This document shows positions 1 through 9,342 of a stretch of DNA of 64,000 nt, piece by piece. The notes below the pieces were generated by a model that had not been told where the DNA came from, did not search any database, and saw only the letters and a program-made list of their open reading frames with translations. This DNA comes from a virus. The stretch's first letter is position 1. The number at the start of each line of letters is the position of its first letter. The position numbers and the translations under genes were made by a program. The DNA lies in IMG/VR virus record IMGVR_UViG_3300009788_000009, positions 3,934 to 67,933 of that record. One strand, written 5' to 3'.

Positions 1-723
1 GCCTCATTAATTTCTGATATAACTGTAAGACATAAATTTGAAGACTGTCAAGATATACCAGCTAACTTTGTAACTGAATACGATATTGAGTTATCACCTA
101 AGTTACGTAAAGCATATGATCAAATGAAAAAGACAGCTATACTAGAAATACAAAAAGGTGTACAATATGTAACCGCCGTAAATGCAGCAGCCTTAATGAC
201 TAAACTAATGCAACTAGCTTCTGGAGTTGTATATGATGAAGCACGAAACTCAGTTCATGTAGATAATACACGAATAGATTTACTATGTGATTTAATAGAA
301 CAACGTGCTCATTCTATTGTATTCTTTCAATGGAAACATCAGAGAGATGCTATAATACTATCACTTAAGAAACGTAAAATAACATATGGATTAATAGATG
401 GTTCTATAACACCTAAAACCTTGAAACAAAATGTAGACAAATTTCAAAAGGGTATGTATAGAATAATACTAGCACAACCACAAGCAGCAGCACATGGGTT
501 AACTTTAATCAAAGGTACATCTACTATATGGACTGGACCTACCTGGAACTTAGAACATTACCTACAAGGTAATAGAAGAATTTATAGAGCTGGTCAAACT
601 AAACGTACAGAAACAGTCATGATCAAAGCAAAAGATACTGTTGACATGGCTGTATATCAAAAACTTATGACCAAAGATAAGAAACAAATGAATCTACTTA
701 ACATGCTAAAGGATTTACAATAA
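1..723 (+). CDS. SNF2/SF2-type helicase, C-terminal part (5' truncated by window edge)
   Basis: Frame is open from base 1; helicase C motifs KLMQLASG, AAAHGLTL and QGNRRIYRAGQ. Confidence 0.85.
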   Translation, partial: ASLISDITVRHKFEDCQDIPANFVTEYDIELSPKLRKAYDQMKKTAILEIQKGVQYVTAVNAAALMTKLMQLASGVVYDEARNSVHVDNTRIDLLCDLIEQRAHSIVFFQWKHQRDAIILSLKKRKITYGLIDGSITPKTLKQNVDKFQKGMYRIILAQPQAAAHGLTLIKGTSTIWTGPTWNLEHYLQGNRRIYRAGQTKRTETVMIKAKDTVDMAVYQKLMTKDKKQMNLLNMLKDLQ

Positions 724-1109
724 TGGCACGAGGTGACATAGACATTTTTGATAAGTTCTGTAAAGACCTTATAAATAAAGATGCTAAGATAGATTTTCTA
801 GGCGGTACTGTTTATGACGATAAAACTGGTGAATTAATAGCGAGCTTTGATATGGGAAAACCAATTAAATTAGAACAACCTGATAAATCATATGAAAATG
901 GACCTTGGATAGATCATATAAGACCAAAAACCGGCGCAAATGGCTTTGAGAAATGTTACGTATGTCCTTGTTGTATGACTATTGGCGATGTATGTTTTAA
1001 TGGTGATATTTGTAAATTTTGTGGTGATAAAGATAAACGCCGTACCGTAGCTAAATGGGTATGGGATATTTGGTTAATTAAAGGACATTGGGAGCCAACT
1101 AATGCATAA
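723..1109 (+). CDS. Hypothetical Zn-ribbon protein
   Basis: CPCC...CKFC pattern; TAATG overlap with the helicase stop. Confidence 0.6.
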   Translation: MARGDIDIFDKFCKDLINKDAKIDFLGGTVYDDKTGELIASFDMGKPIKLEQPDKSYENGPWIDHIRPKTGANGFEKCYVCPCCMTIGDVCFNGDICKFCGDKDKRRTVAKWVWDIWLIKGHWEPTNA

Positions 1110-2946
1110 CCCATTAAAGTTAGACTATCTAGTAACACTAGATTGGGAAACATACCATGACTCTTCTTATTCACTTAGAAATTTAACTTATATTGAATAT
1201 ATAAGAAGTCCACTTTTTAAAGCTCATGGAGTGAGTATACAAATTAATGATAGTAAACCTATATGGTACTCAACTAAGTTAACCATAGAAAAAGCATTAT
1301 TTGATATACCGTGGAATAAAGCGGGTTTAATAGGTCATAACCTACACTTTGATGGTTCTGTATTAGCCTTTAGATATGATATAATACCTAAAACATACAT
1401 AGATACCATATCTATGGCTCGTGGTGCATTACCAACAATTAAAAGCTATGCATTGAAATACTTAGCTGACTACCTTAATCTAGGTATTAAAGACTCAACT
1501 GCATTAGTAGAAATTAAAGGGGTACGTGATCCTACTAAAGAGAACCTTAAAAAGTTAGGCATATATTGTTGTGATGATGTAACACTAGCTTGGAAATTAT
1601 ATAATACACTTGCTAAATATATACCAATTAATGAATATAAATTAATGGATATAACAACTAAGATGCAAACTGAACCCAAACTAATGTTAGATAAACCTGC
1701 CCTAGTAACACTCGTAGAAAGTAAATTACAAGAAAGAGAAGACGTATTATCAGATGCAGAAGTAACTATATCAGAAGTAAGAAGTTCAGCAAAACTTGGA
1801 GAAAAGTTTAGGGGATTAGGTATAGAACCCCCAACTAAAACAAGTCCTGCAACAGGTAAACAAACCTATGCTTTTGCTAAGACTGACTTAGGTATGCAAA
1901 AATTATTGAATGACCCTAATATAAAAGTCGCTAAATTAGCAAAAGCAAGACTAACCTGTATGTCAAGTTTAGATATTAAACGAGCTGAACGGTTTATATC
2001 TATACATGATTGTAATAATGGTGTAGTACCTGTACCACTTAACTATTATGGTGCTCACACAGGTAGATGGTCTGGTGGAGATAAAATCAATTTCCAAAAC
2101 CTATCTAAGAAATCAGGTTTAAGACATTGTATAATAGCACCCCCAGGCTATTTAATATTAGCAGCAGATCAATCACAAATTGAAGCTAGAATTACAGCTT
2201 GGCTTGCAGATCATATAAGACTACTACGTGACTTTAAACTTAAAGATGAAGGTATTAGCCCATATGATGTTTATGAAATTATGTCTTCTCATATATATCC
2301 TGGTACACCTATTGATCAAATAGATGAAGACCAAAGATTCATTGGTAAGATGTGTATACTAGGATTAGGATATGGAATGGGACATGTAACTTTACACACT
2401 CAATTAAATCAAATCTTAGGAGCTGGTTCAGTAAAAGAATTTGAAGCTAAACAATGGGTAGATATTTACAGAGATCTAAATAAACCAATAGTAGATCTTT
2501 GGGATGATATGTCAGAAGTACTACTTAACATGGTACATGGGAGAGATGGTACACTTAAAGTAATAGCTTATGATCAAAGCTCTGTTCATCTACCTAATGG
2601 AATGTTTTTACAATACCCATTTTTAACACAAGTTCCTAATAAATGGGGTGGAATAGGATATGAATATACATACAAAGACAAACCACAAAATATATATGGT
2701 GGTAGATTAACTGAAAATATAGTACAAGCATTAGCAAGAATAAAAATAGCAGAAGATATGATAAAGATTAGTAACCACTATCAGATATCAACAATGTCAC
2801 ATGATGAAATAATATGTGTAATAAGAAAATCAGAAATAGATGAAGCTAAAGAAATCATAACAGAGGTTATGAGTACACCCCCAGAATGGGGTTTAGATAT
2901 ACCTCTAGCATTGGAGATAAAGATAGATGATAAATACATCAAATGA
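1102..2946 (+). CDS. Family A DNA polymerase with 3'-5' exonuclease domain
   Basis: Exo motifs LDWET, GHNLHFD, YCCDD; HTGRWSG; motif A AADQSQIEAR, motif B RFIGKMCILGLGYG, motif C HDE. Confidence 0.95.
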   Translation: MHNPLKLDYLVTLDWETYHDSSYSLRNLTYIEYIRSPLFKAHGVSIQINDSKPIWYSTKLTIEKALFDIPWNKAGLIGHNLHFDGSVLAFRYDIIPKTYIDTISMARGALPTIKSYALKYLADYLNLGIKDSTALVEIKGVRDPTKENLKKLGIYCCDDVTLAWKLYNTLAKYIPINEYKLMDITTKMQTEPKLMLDKPALVTLVESKLQEREDVLSDAEVTISEVRSSAKLGEKFRGLGIEPPTKTSPATGKQTYAFAKTDLGMQKLLNDPNIKVAKLAKARLTCMSSLDIKRAERFISIHDCNNGVVPVPLNYYGAHTGRWSGGDKINFQNLSKKSGLRHCIIAPPGYLILAADQSQIEARITAWLADHIRLLRDFKLKDEGISPYDVYEIMSSHIYPGTPIDQIDEDQRFIGKMCILGLGYGMGHVTLHTQLNQILGAGSVKEFEAKQWVDIYRDLNKPIVDLWDDMSEVLLNMVHGRDGTLKVIAYDQSSVHLPNGMFLQYPFLTQVPNKWGGIGYEYTYKDKPQNIYGGRLTENIVQALARIKIAEDMIKISNHYQISTMSHDEIICVIRKSEIDEAKEIITEVMSTPPEWGLDIPLALEIKIDDKYIK

Positions 2947-3334
2947 AATATCGCTAAGTGAATTACCATTAGGTGCAAAGATTGACCTACTACTTGAAAC
3001 TAGATCAAAAAGATTAGAAAAAGCAAAGGAGGTTCAGAATCTTAAGACAAATGAGACAGAAATAACAAAAGATATTATGAGTTCTCTACAAGAGTTGGGT
3101 ATGACAAGTGGCAAAGGTAAAGAAGCCACCTTTTCATACTCAGAACATACAGTACCGAAACTCGTTGACTTTAAAGCAATTAAAGAGTATATTATGGAGA
3201 CAGGAAACCTTCAATTATTCGAAAAAAGAATATCAGCTCCAGCCTATAGGGAGCTTTTTGGATTGGAAGGTAACATACCTGGCATAGAACCTTATACCTT
3301 TGATAAACCAAGTATTACAAGGAGCAAAAAGTAA
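2927..3334 (+). CDS. Conserved-looking phage replication-module protein (coiled-coil N-terminus)
   Basis: Overlaps polymerase end; typical position in PolA replication cassettes; function unknown. Confidence 0.6.
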   Translation: MINTSNEISLSELPLGAKIDLLLETRSKRLEKAKEVQNLKTNETEITKDIMSSLQELGMTSGKGKEATFSYSEHTVPKLVDFKAIKEYIMETGNLQLFEKRISAPAYRELFGLEGNIPGIEPYTFDKPSITRSKK

Positions 3335-4011
3335 TGGCTAAAGATCTAATGAATCCCGCCGAACTTCTCAAGCAACAACTAGCAGAGACTAACGAGCGTA
3401 TCAATACGGGTGATTCCATTCGTATTCAATCAGACGGTAAAGAATATACTACACCAGACGGAGCCAAAGGCCAAGAGTTAGACGTAGTGATTATAGACTT
3501 CGCTATGTATAACGCTTACTATGATCGTCCATATGTAGCTAATGATCCTAAACCGGCTGCTTGTGTAGCAATTGCACAACGTAAGTCAGACCTATTACCT
3601 ATTGAAGAATCCCCCGTACCACAAAATGACGACTGTAAATCATGTCCTCAGAATCAGTGGAAATCAGCAGGTGGTGGAAGCAAAGGTAAAGCATGTAAGA
3701 ATACTCGACTATTAGCAGTAGTACCTGTAGCTGATATAGCTGAAGCTGATATTTGGTTATTCTCTGTACCACCTAGTTCTACCAGTAAGTATGATGACTA
3801 TGTACAAGACTTAGCTACAGAAGAAAGCTTATCACCCCTGTTTGTTCACACTACTATCAAACAGGACAAGAAGCTAACTTATTCAGCACCTAGATTCGAA
3901 TCTCAACAAGCATTAGGTAAAGATGATGTAGCTAAAGCTATTGGCAGGATGCAGGAAGCAAAGAACCTGATTATGGCTAAACCTGATTTATCAGAATATA
4001 AAGCACCATAA
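3334..4011 (+). CDS. Putative ssDNA-binding/annealing protein
   Basis: C..CPQNQW.S...KGKACKN.R.LAV motif seen in phage replication modules; function inferred from context. Confidence 0.55.
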   Translation: MAKDLMNPAELLKQQLAETNERINTGDSIRIQSDGKEYTTPDGAKGQELDVVIIDFAMYNAYYDRPYVANDPKPAACVAIAQRKSDLLPIEESPVPQNDDCKSCPQNQWKSAGGGSKGKACKNTRLLAVVPVADIAEADIWLFSVPPSSTSKYDDYVQDLATEESLSPLFVHTTIKQDKKLTYSAPRFESQQALGKDDVAKAIGRMQEAKNLIMAKPDLSEYKAP

Positions 4012-4190
4012 TGGGTAAAGAAAGAGATAAGAGTCACGTATTAACTATACAACCTAGTAACACAAGTAAAGATAATATTTCAACAGATGTTGCTATTGAA
4101 GCATTAGTTGAACAACGATCTAGACTAAGAGTGTTACTAGCTCAAATTGATGGTGACTTAGTATCTCTAGGATATATAGAAAATGAGTAA
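4011..4190 (+). CDS. Small hypothetical protein (59 aa, not in ORF track)
   Basis: ATG overlaps previous TAA; reads MGKERDKSHV...YIENE and fills the gap to the next gene. Confidence 0.55.
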   Translation: MGKERDKSHVLTIQPSNTSKDNISTDVAIEALVEQRSRLRVLLAQIDGDLVSLGYIENE

Positions 4191-4590
4191 ACCTGAAACT
4201 CAGTTTATAAAGTCTGTTCATTATCATCTACCAGTTCCCACGATATTACACAGGGAAAAGATGCATAATATTTATAGATCGGGTACGTTTGATTGTTGGT
4301 ACTCAGGTAATTTAGATGATTTGTGGGTTGAATATAAATTTAATCCTAACTTTCCTATTCAAGATAGATTCATTCTACCTACCTTATCGGATAATCAGAA
4401 ACGATGGGGTGCGAATCGTTATAAAGAAGGTAGAAATATTATCGTTATAGTTGGATATCCTCAAGGGGGTGTGATATACTATAATCCAGAAGAATGGGAA
4501 CATAAAGGAATAGATATATCTGAAATTACTAATCGTCTAATGTCAAGAAAAGAACTAGCTACTTATATAACAGGACGAACTTTACAATGA
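4183..4590 (+). CDS. PD-(D/E)xK nuclease (VRR-NUC / Holliday junction resolvase-like)
   Basis: ETQF...GTFDCW...WVEYK...LSDNQKRW pattern. Confidence 0.75.
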   Translation: MSKPETQFIKSVHYHLPVPTILHREKMHNIYRSGTFDCWYSGNLDDLWVEYKFNPNFPIQDRFILPTLSDNQKRWGANRYKEGRNIIVIVGYPQGGVIYYNPEEWEHKGIDISEITNRLMSRKELATYITGRTLQ

Positions 4591-4745
4591 CTTTTAGTTC
4601 TAATCTTTATAAATATATGCGGTTAGCAACCGCAACACATCAGCTTTTAGTGGCCGGAGCTACATTGTTTTTCACAGTACGTATGGTCATTGAGTGGGAT
4701 AAACCTTCCCAAATACGTACCTTTCCAAAGCGTAAAAGGAGCTAA
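4587..4745 (+). CDS. Small hypothetical protein with hydrophobic segment (52 aa, not in ORF track)
   Basis: ATGA overlap with nuclease stop; MTFSSNLYKY...KRKRS. Confidence 0.4.
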   Translation: MTFSSNLYKYMRLATATHQLLVAGATLFFTVRMVIEWDKPSQIRTFPKRKRS

Positions 4746-4750
4746 GTAAA

Positions 4751-5143
4751 ATGGCTAAGAACGAAGCAGCTACACCCGCTACACCAGCAGTACCGGCAAA
4801 TGCATCAAACCGCCCTGGTACTATGGCACTTAATATCTCAGATGAGGATTACAACGCATTACCCCAAGAACTTCGGGATCAGATCAGCAAGTCACCAGCC
4901 CCCAAAGATTCTATTGGGTATTACTTTGATCGCATGGTAAATGGATTGAAGGACAAAGAGGAAGAAACTGACCGACAGTTTAACGTCAAAGATGTTCTCT
5001 TGTGGTGCTTTCAGCAATCTGATAATAAGGTGTTCAAGATTCAATCTGTAAGAACTGTCCTTAAGAAGAGGTTACTAGAAGGACAGATCGTTGAAGCCAC
5101 TGGAACTAGTGGCAGAGACAAGGTATATCAAGTAGTAGTTTGA
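4751..5143 (+). CDS. Hypothetical protein, possible winged-helix DNA-binding C-terminus
   Basis: Strong AAGGAG RBS; C-terminal helix-helix-hairpin pattern SVRTVLKKRLLEGQIVE...KVYQV. Confidence 0.6.
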   Translation: MAKNEAATPATPAVPANASNRPGTMALNISDEDYNALPQELRDQISKSPAPKDSIGYYFDRMVNGLKDKEEETDRQFNVKDVLLWCFQQSDNKVFKIQSVRTVLKKRLLEGQIVEATGTSGRDKVYQVVV

Positions 5144-5154
5144 CGGTAGCAGTT

Positions 5155-5194
5155 AACCCCTATAGCCACAATTGGCTATAGGGGTTTTTCTTTT
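5155..5194 (+). terminator. Rho-independent terminator ending replication operon
   Basis: Stem AACCCCTATAGCCA/TGGCTATAGGGGTT followed by T-rich tract. Confidence 0.85.
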
Positions 5195-5221
5195 GTTCCG
5201 ACATACTGTATAATATGGTAC

Positions 5222-5557
5222 ATGAGTCTAGGAACATATCAACGAAGACACCCACCTATGATAGCTAAGTTAATCGTATGGGCTTATGACCACGGTTACG
5301 AACTTACATGGGGAGATGCTTTTAGAGACCCCCGTGTACATGGTGGATTAGGCGAGAAGGTTGCTTATGGGCATAAGAATAGTGCTCATAAGAACCGTTT
5401 AGCTATAGACTTTAATTTATTTAAAGACGGTGAATATTTAACCAGCACCGAAGACCATAGACCACTAGGAGAGTTTTGGGAATCTATAGGTGGAACATGG
5501 GGGGGCCATTTTGCAGACGGTAATCACTATAGTATGGAATACAATGGTGTTAAATGA
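5222..5557 (+). CDS. Endolysin, M15-family Zn peptidase
   Basis: SAH...LAIDF and WGG.F.DGNH zinc-peptidase motifs; first gene of lysis cassette. Confidence 0.9.
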   Translation: MSLGTYQRRHPPMIAKLIVWAYDHGYELTWGDAFRDPRVHGGLGEKVAYGHKNSAHKNRLAIDFNLFKDGEYLTSTEDHRPLGEFWESIGGTWGGHFADGNHYSMEYNGVK

Positions 5558-5802
5558 CTGCCTTTGGTGTATGGATAGAACGGCTATTTAATGAGCATAA
5601 ACTTGTACGTAGAACATTAGTAGCCTGGGCTGTATACGAAATACATCGTATAATCAGCCATATGATAAAGATCATAACTGAAGTAACAACCCCCGTTGCA
5701 TCAGTAATAGGAGCCATTATAGGAATACTATCAACTGTGTTAGTATTCTACATTAAGTCGCGGGAGTTAGATAAAAATGGCTCTAACAGCACTAGTTCTT
5801 AA
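5554..5802 (+). CDS. Putative holin
   Basis: 82 aa with hydrophobic helices, between endolysin and spanins. Confidence 0.6.
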   Translation: MTAFGVWIERLFNEHKLVRRTLVAWAVYEIHRIISHMIKIITEVTTPVASVIGAIIGILSTVLVFYIKSRELDKNGSNSTSS

Positions 5803-6238
5803 AGCTGGTCTAAAAACAGCAGGTGGTTTCCTATTTGCTAAATGGAAGATGATAGCAATAGGATTGCTTGTAACTGTTATATTTAGTGGTGTTCTTAAAG
5901 TATATGGAGTATTCAAAGATCGTGATGCTCTGTTAGAAGAACGAGAAGGTAAGATTACCAGACTCGTAAAGGAAAACACCGAGGCAGAAATAGCTAAACA
6001 AACTGCTGAAGAAACCATACGTAAAATGGTTGATGATAACATTCGTATAGATAAGATATACGATGAGATCGTAGACCTTCAAACTCAAATTGGTATCAAA
6101 TTCGAAGAACAAACTAAGATCTTCGAAGATCATGATTTCACCAAACTATCTAATGCAAAACCTGGCTTAATAATCAAACCTATCAATGCTAAAACTAAGG
6201 AGCGTCTTAATGAACTTGAAGACTCTTTTAATCAGTAG
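5777..6238 (+). CDS. i-spanin (Rz-like)
   Basis: N-terminal transmembrane segment then long coiled coil; overlaps a lipoprotein gene. Confidence 0.75.
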   Translation: MALTALVLKAGLKTAGGFLFAKWKMIAIGLLVTVIFSGVLKVYGVFKDRDALLEEREGKITRLVKENTEAEIAKQTAEETIRKMVDDNIRIDKIYDEIVDLQTQIGIKFEEQTKIFEDHDFTKLSNAKPGLIIKPINAKTKERLNELEDSFNQ

Positions 6239-6545
6239 TTTGTGCGTAGGGTTAGTTGGTTGTGCTTCTACTAGAGAGCCAGTTCCTTTACCCCCTAAGC
6301 CTCTATTGGTAACAAAGTATATATACCCCGACTGTGACACTCCACCTAAACGAACCCATATAAAACTTAGAAATTTATATTGGGATTGGATGAAAGATGT
6401 AGATGGAGATACAGTGTATTTTTTAACCCCTAAAGGTTATGAAGATGCTTCTTATAATACTTCGCTAACAATATTGGGAGTTGATGAGTTAAAAGCAGAA
6501 ATAGCCTACTATCTTAAATGTATAGAGGCTCCTAAAGATGAATGA
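6210..6545 (+). CDS. o-spanin (Rz1-like lipoprotein)
   Basis: AAGGAG before ATG 6210; signal peptide with lipobox LVGC, Pro-rich segment. Confidence 0.75.
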   Translation: MNLKTLLISSLCVGLVGCASTREPVPLPPKPLLVTKYIYPDCDTPPKRTHIKLRNLYWDWMKDVDGDTVYFLTPKGYEDASYNTSLTILGVDELKAEIAYYLKCIEAPKDE

Positions 6546-6936
6546 TAATACAGATCGTAGAGTTGATAAACTGGAAGGAGATTTAACAACTTTAACAGAC
6601 AGAGTAATTAGTTTAAGTGATTTAGCAGTTCAAACTAATACGAATGTTGAAACACTCATTAACCAAATGGATGGTGTGTTTAAAAGAACACAACCTAAAC
6701 CAACTAATTGGAGTGTTGTAATAGCTGGACTCTCTTTAATGGCATTGGTAGGTACTTTAACTTTATCACCTGTATATAAAGAAATACAAGAACAAAAAGA
6801 TTTTAATATAATTACAATGCGTCATTTAGAAAGTGATGCTAAACAAATGGGTAGAACAGAAGCTAATTTAGAATGGTTAAAAAGAATGGAAGATCGAAGC
6901 TTTAGAACTAACCATATGATTAAGGATAAAGATTAA
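6538..6936 (+). CDS. Hypothetical membrane protein (coiled coil + one TM helix)
   Basis: Hydrophobic WSVVIAGLSLMALVGTLTL. Confidence 0.6.
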   Translation: MNDNTDRRVDKLEGDLTTLTDRVISLSDLAVQTNTNVETLINQMDGVFKRTQPKPTNWSVVIAGLSLMALVGTLTLSPVYKEIQEQKDFNIITMRHLESDAKQMGRTEANLEWLKRMEDRSFRTNHMIKDKD

Positions 6937-7115
6937 TGGCTGTATGTATACCTTGTGCAATTAAAAACAATACAACAGGAACTATACCTAGAGATAAACC
7001 AAATCATCATATAATAGGTTGGATTGGTAGATGCTATAAATGTAACAAAGAAACAATGGTATATAGCAACCAAGAAATGGGGGTTAACCCACAACTTAAG
7101 AAAAGAAGCACTTAA
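6936..7115 (+). CDS. Small Zn-finger-like protein (59 aa, not in ORF track)
   Basis: TAATG overlap; CIPC...CYKC. Confidence 0.45.
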   Translation: MAVCIPCAIKNNTTGTIPRDKPNHHIIGWIGRCYKCNKETMVYSNQEMGVNPQLKKRST

Positions 7116-7212
7116 ACTATAAAACTTTGCTTTTGTGCTTGAAATAGAGAGGGCTACTGCTCTGCTAGTATACGTAGATTCAAATTTTACCCTGTCCTGA
7201 CAAGGTGTTATT

Positions 7213-7554
7213 ATGAAAAATTACTGGAAGGAACTACCGATCTACGGCAAGTGGTTAGCTGGTGTTGTAGCTGGTCTAGGAGCCGCAGGAACCATTATTA
7301 CAGGGGTCGTGATAGGCATTGGCTGGTTCCATACTCAAGCAGAGGCAGACGAACTAGAGCAGCGGGTGTATCAGTTCATGGCAGATGAAAAGAAAGCCGA
7401 CCGTATGCAGCGTAACCGTAAAGATTTAGCTAAGTTACAACGTGATCTGATAGGACAAAGATATACTACCCAGGGAGAAAAGTCTTTTATAGAAGGTGAG
7501 ATAAGACGTTTACAAGCTGTTTTACTTTGTGACGAAGCGGGGATATGTCCTTGA
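7213..7554 (+). CDS. Hypothetical membrane protein
   Basis: AAGGTG RBS; N-terminal TM helix, coiled-coil tail. Confidence 0.6.
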   Translation: MKNYWKELPIYGKWLAGVVAGLGAAGTIITGVVIGIGWFHTQAEADELEQRVYQFMADEKKADRMQRNRKDLAKLQRDLIGQRYTTQGEKSFIEGEIRRLQAVLLCDEAGICP

Positions 7555-7719
7555 TACATAAATCAACGAATAGTGTTAAGAAGATTATAAAGAACGTAAG
7601 AGAGTGCAAAGGTTGTAACAAACGTAGAGTCGCACTTAAAAGATTGCTACGTAAACAATCACCTAGAGGAATAGGTGTTAACTAGCTCAAAATATTAGAG
7701 CATAACTTAGGAGAAATAC

Positions 7720-8238
7720 ATGAGTACTCAAACCATTTTAGATAGTTTATATGCAAAAATGGGTAGATTTGCACCAGGGCAAAGAACCGCTATGCGACAA
7801 CTAGTTACAGATCTATATGCTACAAAGACTATTGTAGATGCGGATACTGTAACACTTGCTGCTATTGCTGGCGATGCAGCACCGGACGCAGTTGTACCGA
7901 CTGTAGGTGGTGGTACTACTGGTCTAATCCCCGCTAATGCACAATTTATTGATGTAACTTCTGCTGACGCAACACATCAAATTAGTCTACCTGCTGCTAC
8001 TATAGGTAAGACAATTAGGGGGTTCGTTGGTACTAACGGTTGTGAGGTTATTTCAGTTGTAGCTGCTGATAAGATCAATAATGTCGTTGTTGGAGCAACA
8101 AATGAAGCCGCACTTCCAGCATCTACATTCTTTGTATTTACATATACTATTGCCAATAACTGGATTTTAACTACTTATAGTCTGTTAGGCGAAGTTAATG
8201 TTGATGGTACTACACCAGTAGTTCCTGATATACTATAA
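7720..8238 (+). CDS. Hypothetical, probably virion-associated beta-rich protein
   Basis: AGGAG RBS; Ala/Thr/Val/Gly-rich; ISLPAATIGKTI resembles fibre-domain motifs. Confidence 0.55.
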   Translation: MSTQTILDSLYAKMGRFAPGQRTAMRQLVTDLYATKTIVDADTVTLAAIAGDAAPDAVVPTVGGGTTGLIPANAQFIDVTSADATHQISLPAATIGKTIRGFVGTNGCEVISVVAADKINNVVVGATNEAALPASTFFVFTYTIANNWILTTYSLLGEVNVDGTTPVVPDIL

Positions 8239-8248
8239 TATAGACCTT

Positions 8249-8274
8249 AGCCCCCTTAATTGGGGGCTTTTTTT
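8249..8274 (+). terminator. Terminator at convergence of + lysis block and - virion operon
   Basis: AGCCCCC-ttaatt-GGGGGCT followed by a T run. Confidence 0.8.
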
Positions 8275-8480
8275 ATAAGTCTACATTTCAAACTTTCATT
8301 TACCCATCTTTCAGCATAGTCCTCAGTACCCTTTTTTGGAGTACCTAGTAAAGTATACCCTGTAAAACTAATGCCACAAAGGGGATACCCATAAGGATAT
8401 GCTTTAGCATCATCTTTAAGATATTCATTCAATACGGCAGCTTCCGTAGAGTTCCTTACTATAATGGCATGTTGATACAT
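8256..8480 (-). CDS. Hypothetical protein
   Basis: Translationally coupled to 8480-9199. Confidence 0.5.
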   Translation of the reverse strand: MYQHAIIVRNSTEAAVLNEYLKDDAKAYPYGYPLCGISFTGYTLLGTPKKGTEDYAERWVNESLKCRLIKKAPN

Positions 8481-9199
8481 TATCTTCTCGGACCTACACT
8501 TGGTGCTTTACCACCACGTTCAGCGTTCTTCTTTGCCCACTTTGCACTATGCTTCATTCTACGTATAATCTTAGGTGCGAGTTCTTGAGCAAACTCTTCT
8601 AGCCAATCTGGATCAGTAGGCCGACCAAAGTGACCGCGTGATAACGTCCTATGATTAGGGACAACATCGCCGTTTACTTCTGGATTACGTACCCACAAAG
8701 ACCCACCATCTTCACCTTTTAAGAAGTGCATATCGTTAGTCTTTGTCCAGCTTAATTCACCAGTTTCCTTATTCATATAAGGTTCGTTCATATCACGAAA
8801 CTGTGAAATCATGACACCACCACCACTAACAATTGCCGTAGCAAAATCACGACCCATGTTAGCCCACAATTGGCGTAACACCCCTGGACCATATTCACGA
8901 CCAGGAATAATGAAGCAGTAATGTTGAGCAGTATTCAATGCTACTCGTTGTTCATACTCATTACCGGCTTCCATTTTACGTCTATGTGCTTCCACATCTT
9001 CGATCATTACACCACCTTTATCATTGTGGTCGCTAAACCCATTATCGTCATACTCAATAGCAGGTGGATCATTTACTGCATCGCCAAGCATGTCACTGAC
9101 TACTGTTGTACCTACTAATACTGTACCGGAGACAATCTCCAAAGCAATTAGTTCATCTAGTGCATCAATAAGCTGATCTTTTGTAAAGTTTTCAAACAT
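8480..9199 (-). CDS. Hypothetical protein
   Basis: AGGAG RBS; 239 aa ORF; upstream TATAAT on minus strand near 9224-9229. Confidence 0.65.
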   Translation of the reverse strand: MFENFTKDQLIDALDELIALEIVSGTVLVGTTVVSDMLGDAVNDPPAIEYDDNGFSDHNDKGGVMIEDVEAHRRKMEAGNEYEQRVALNTAQHYCFIIPGREYGPGVLRQLWANMGRDFATAIVSGGGVMISQFRDMNEPYMNKETGELSWTKTNDMHFLKGEDGGSLWVRNPEVNGDVVPNHRTLSRGHFGRPTDPDWLEEFAQELAPKIIRRMKHSAKWAKKNAERGGKAPSVGPRR

Positions 9200-9342
9200 A
9201 TCTTTCTCCTGTTGTTAAAACAAATTATACTTCCTTTGTATCTTTCCTAAATATATTCAGCCACACCCATCGTTTTTCTATGAGGTAACTTATACATACT
9301 AAAAAAACTAATATTTCTGTAAAAATGCTCATATATAGCTCC

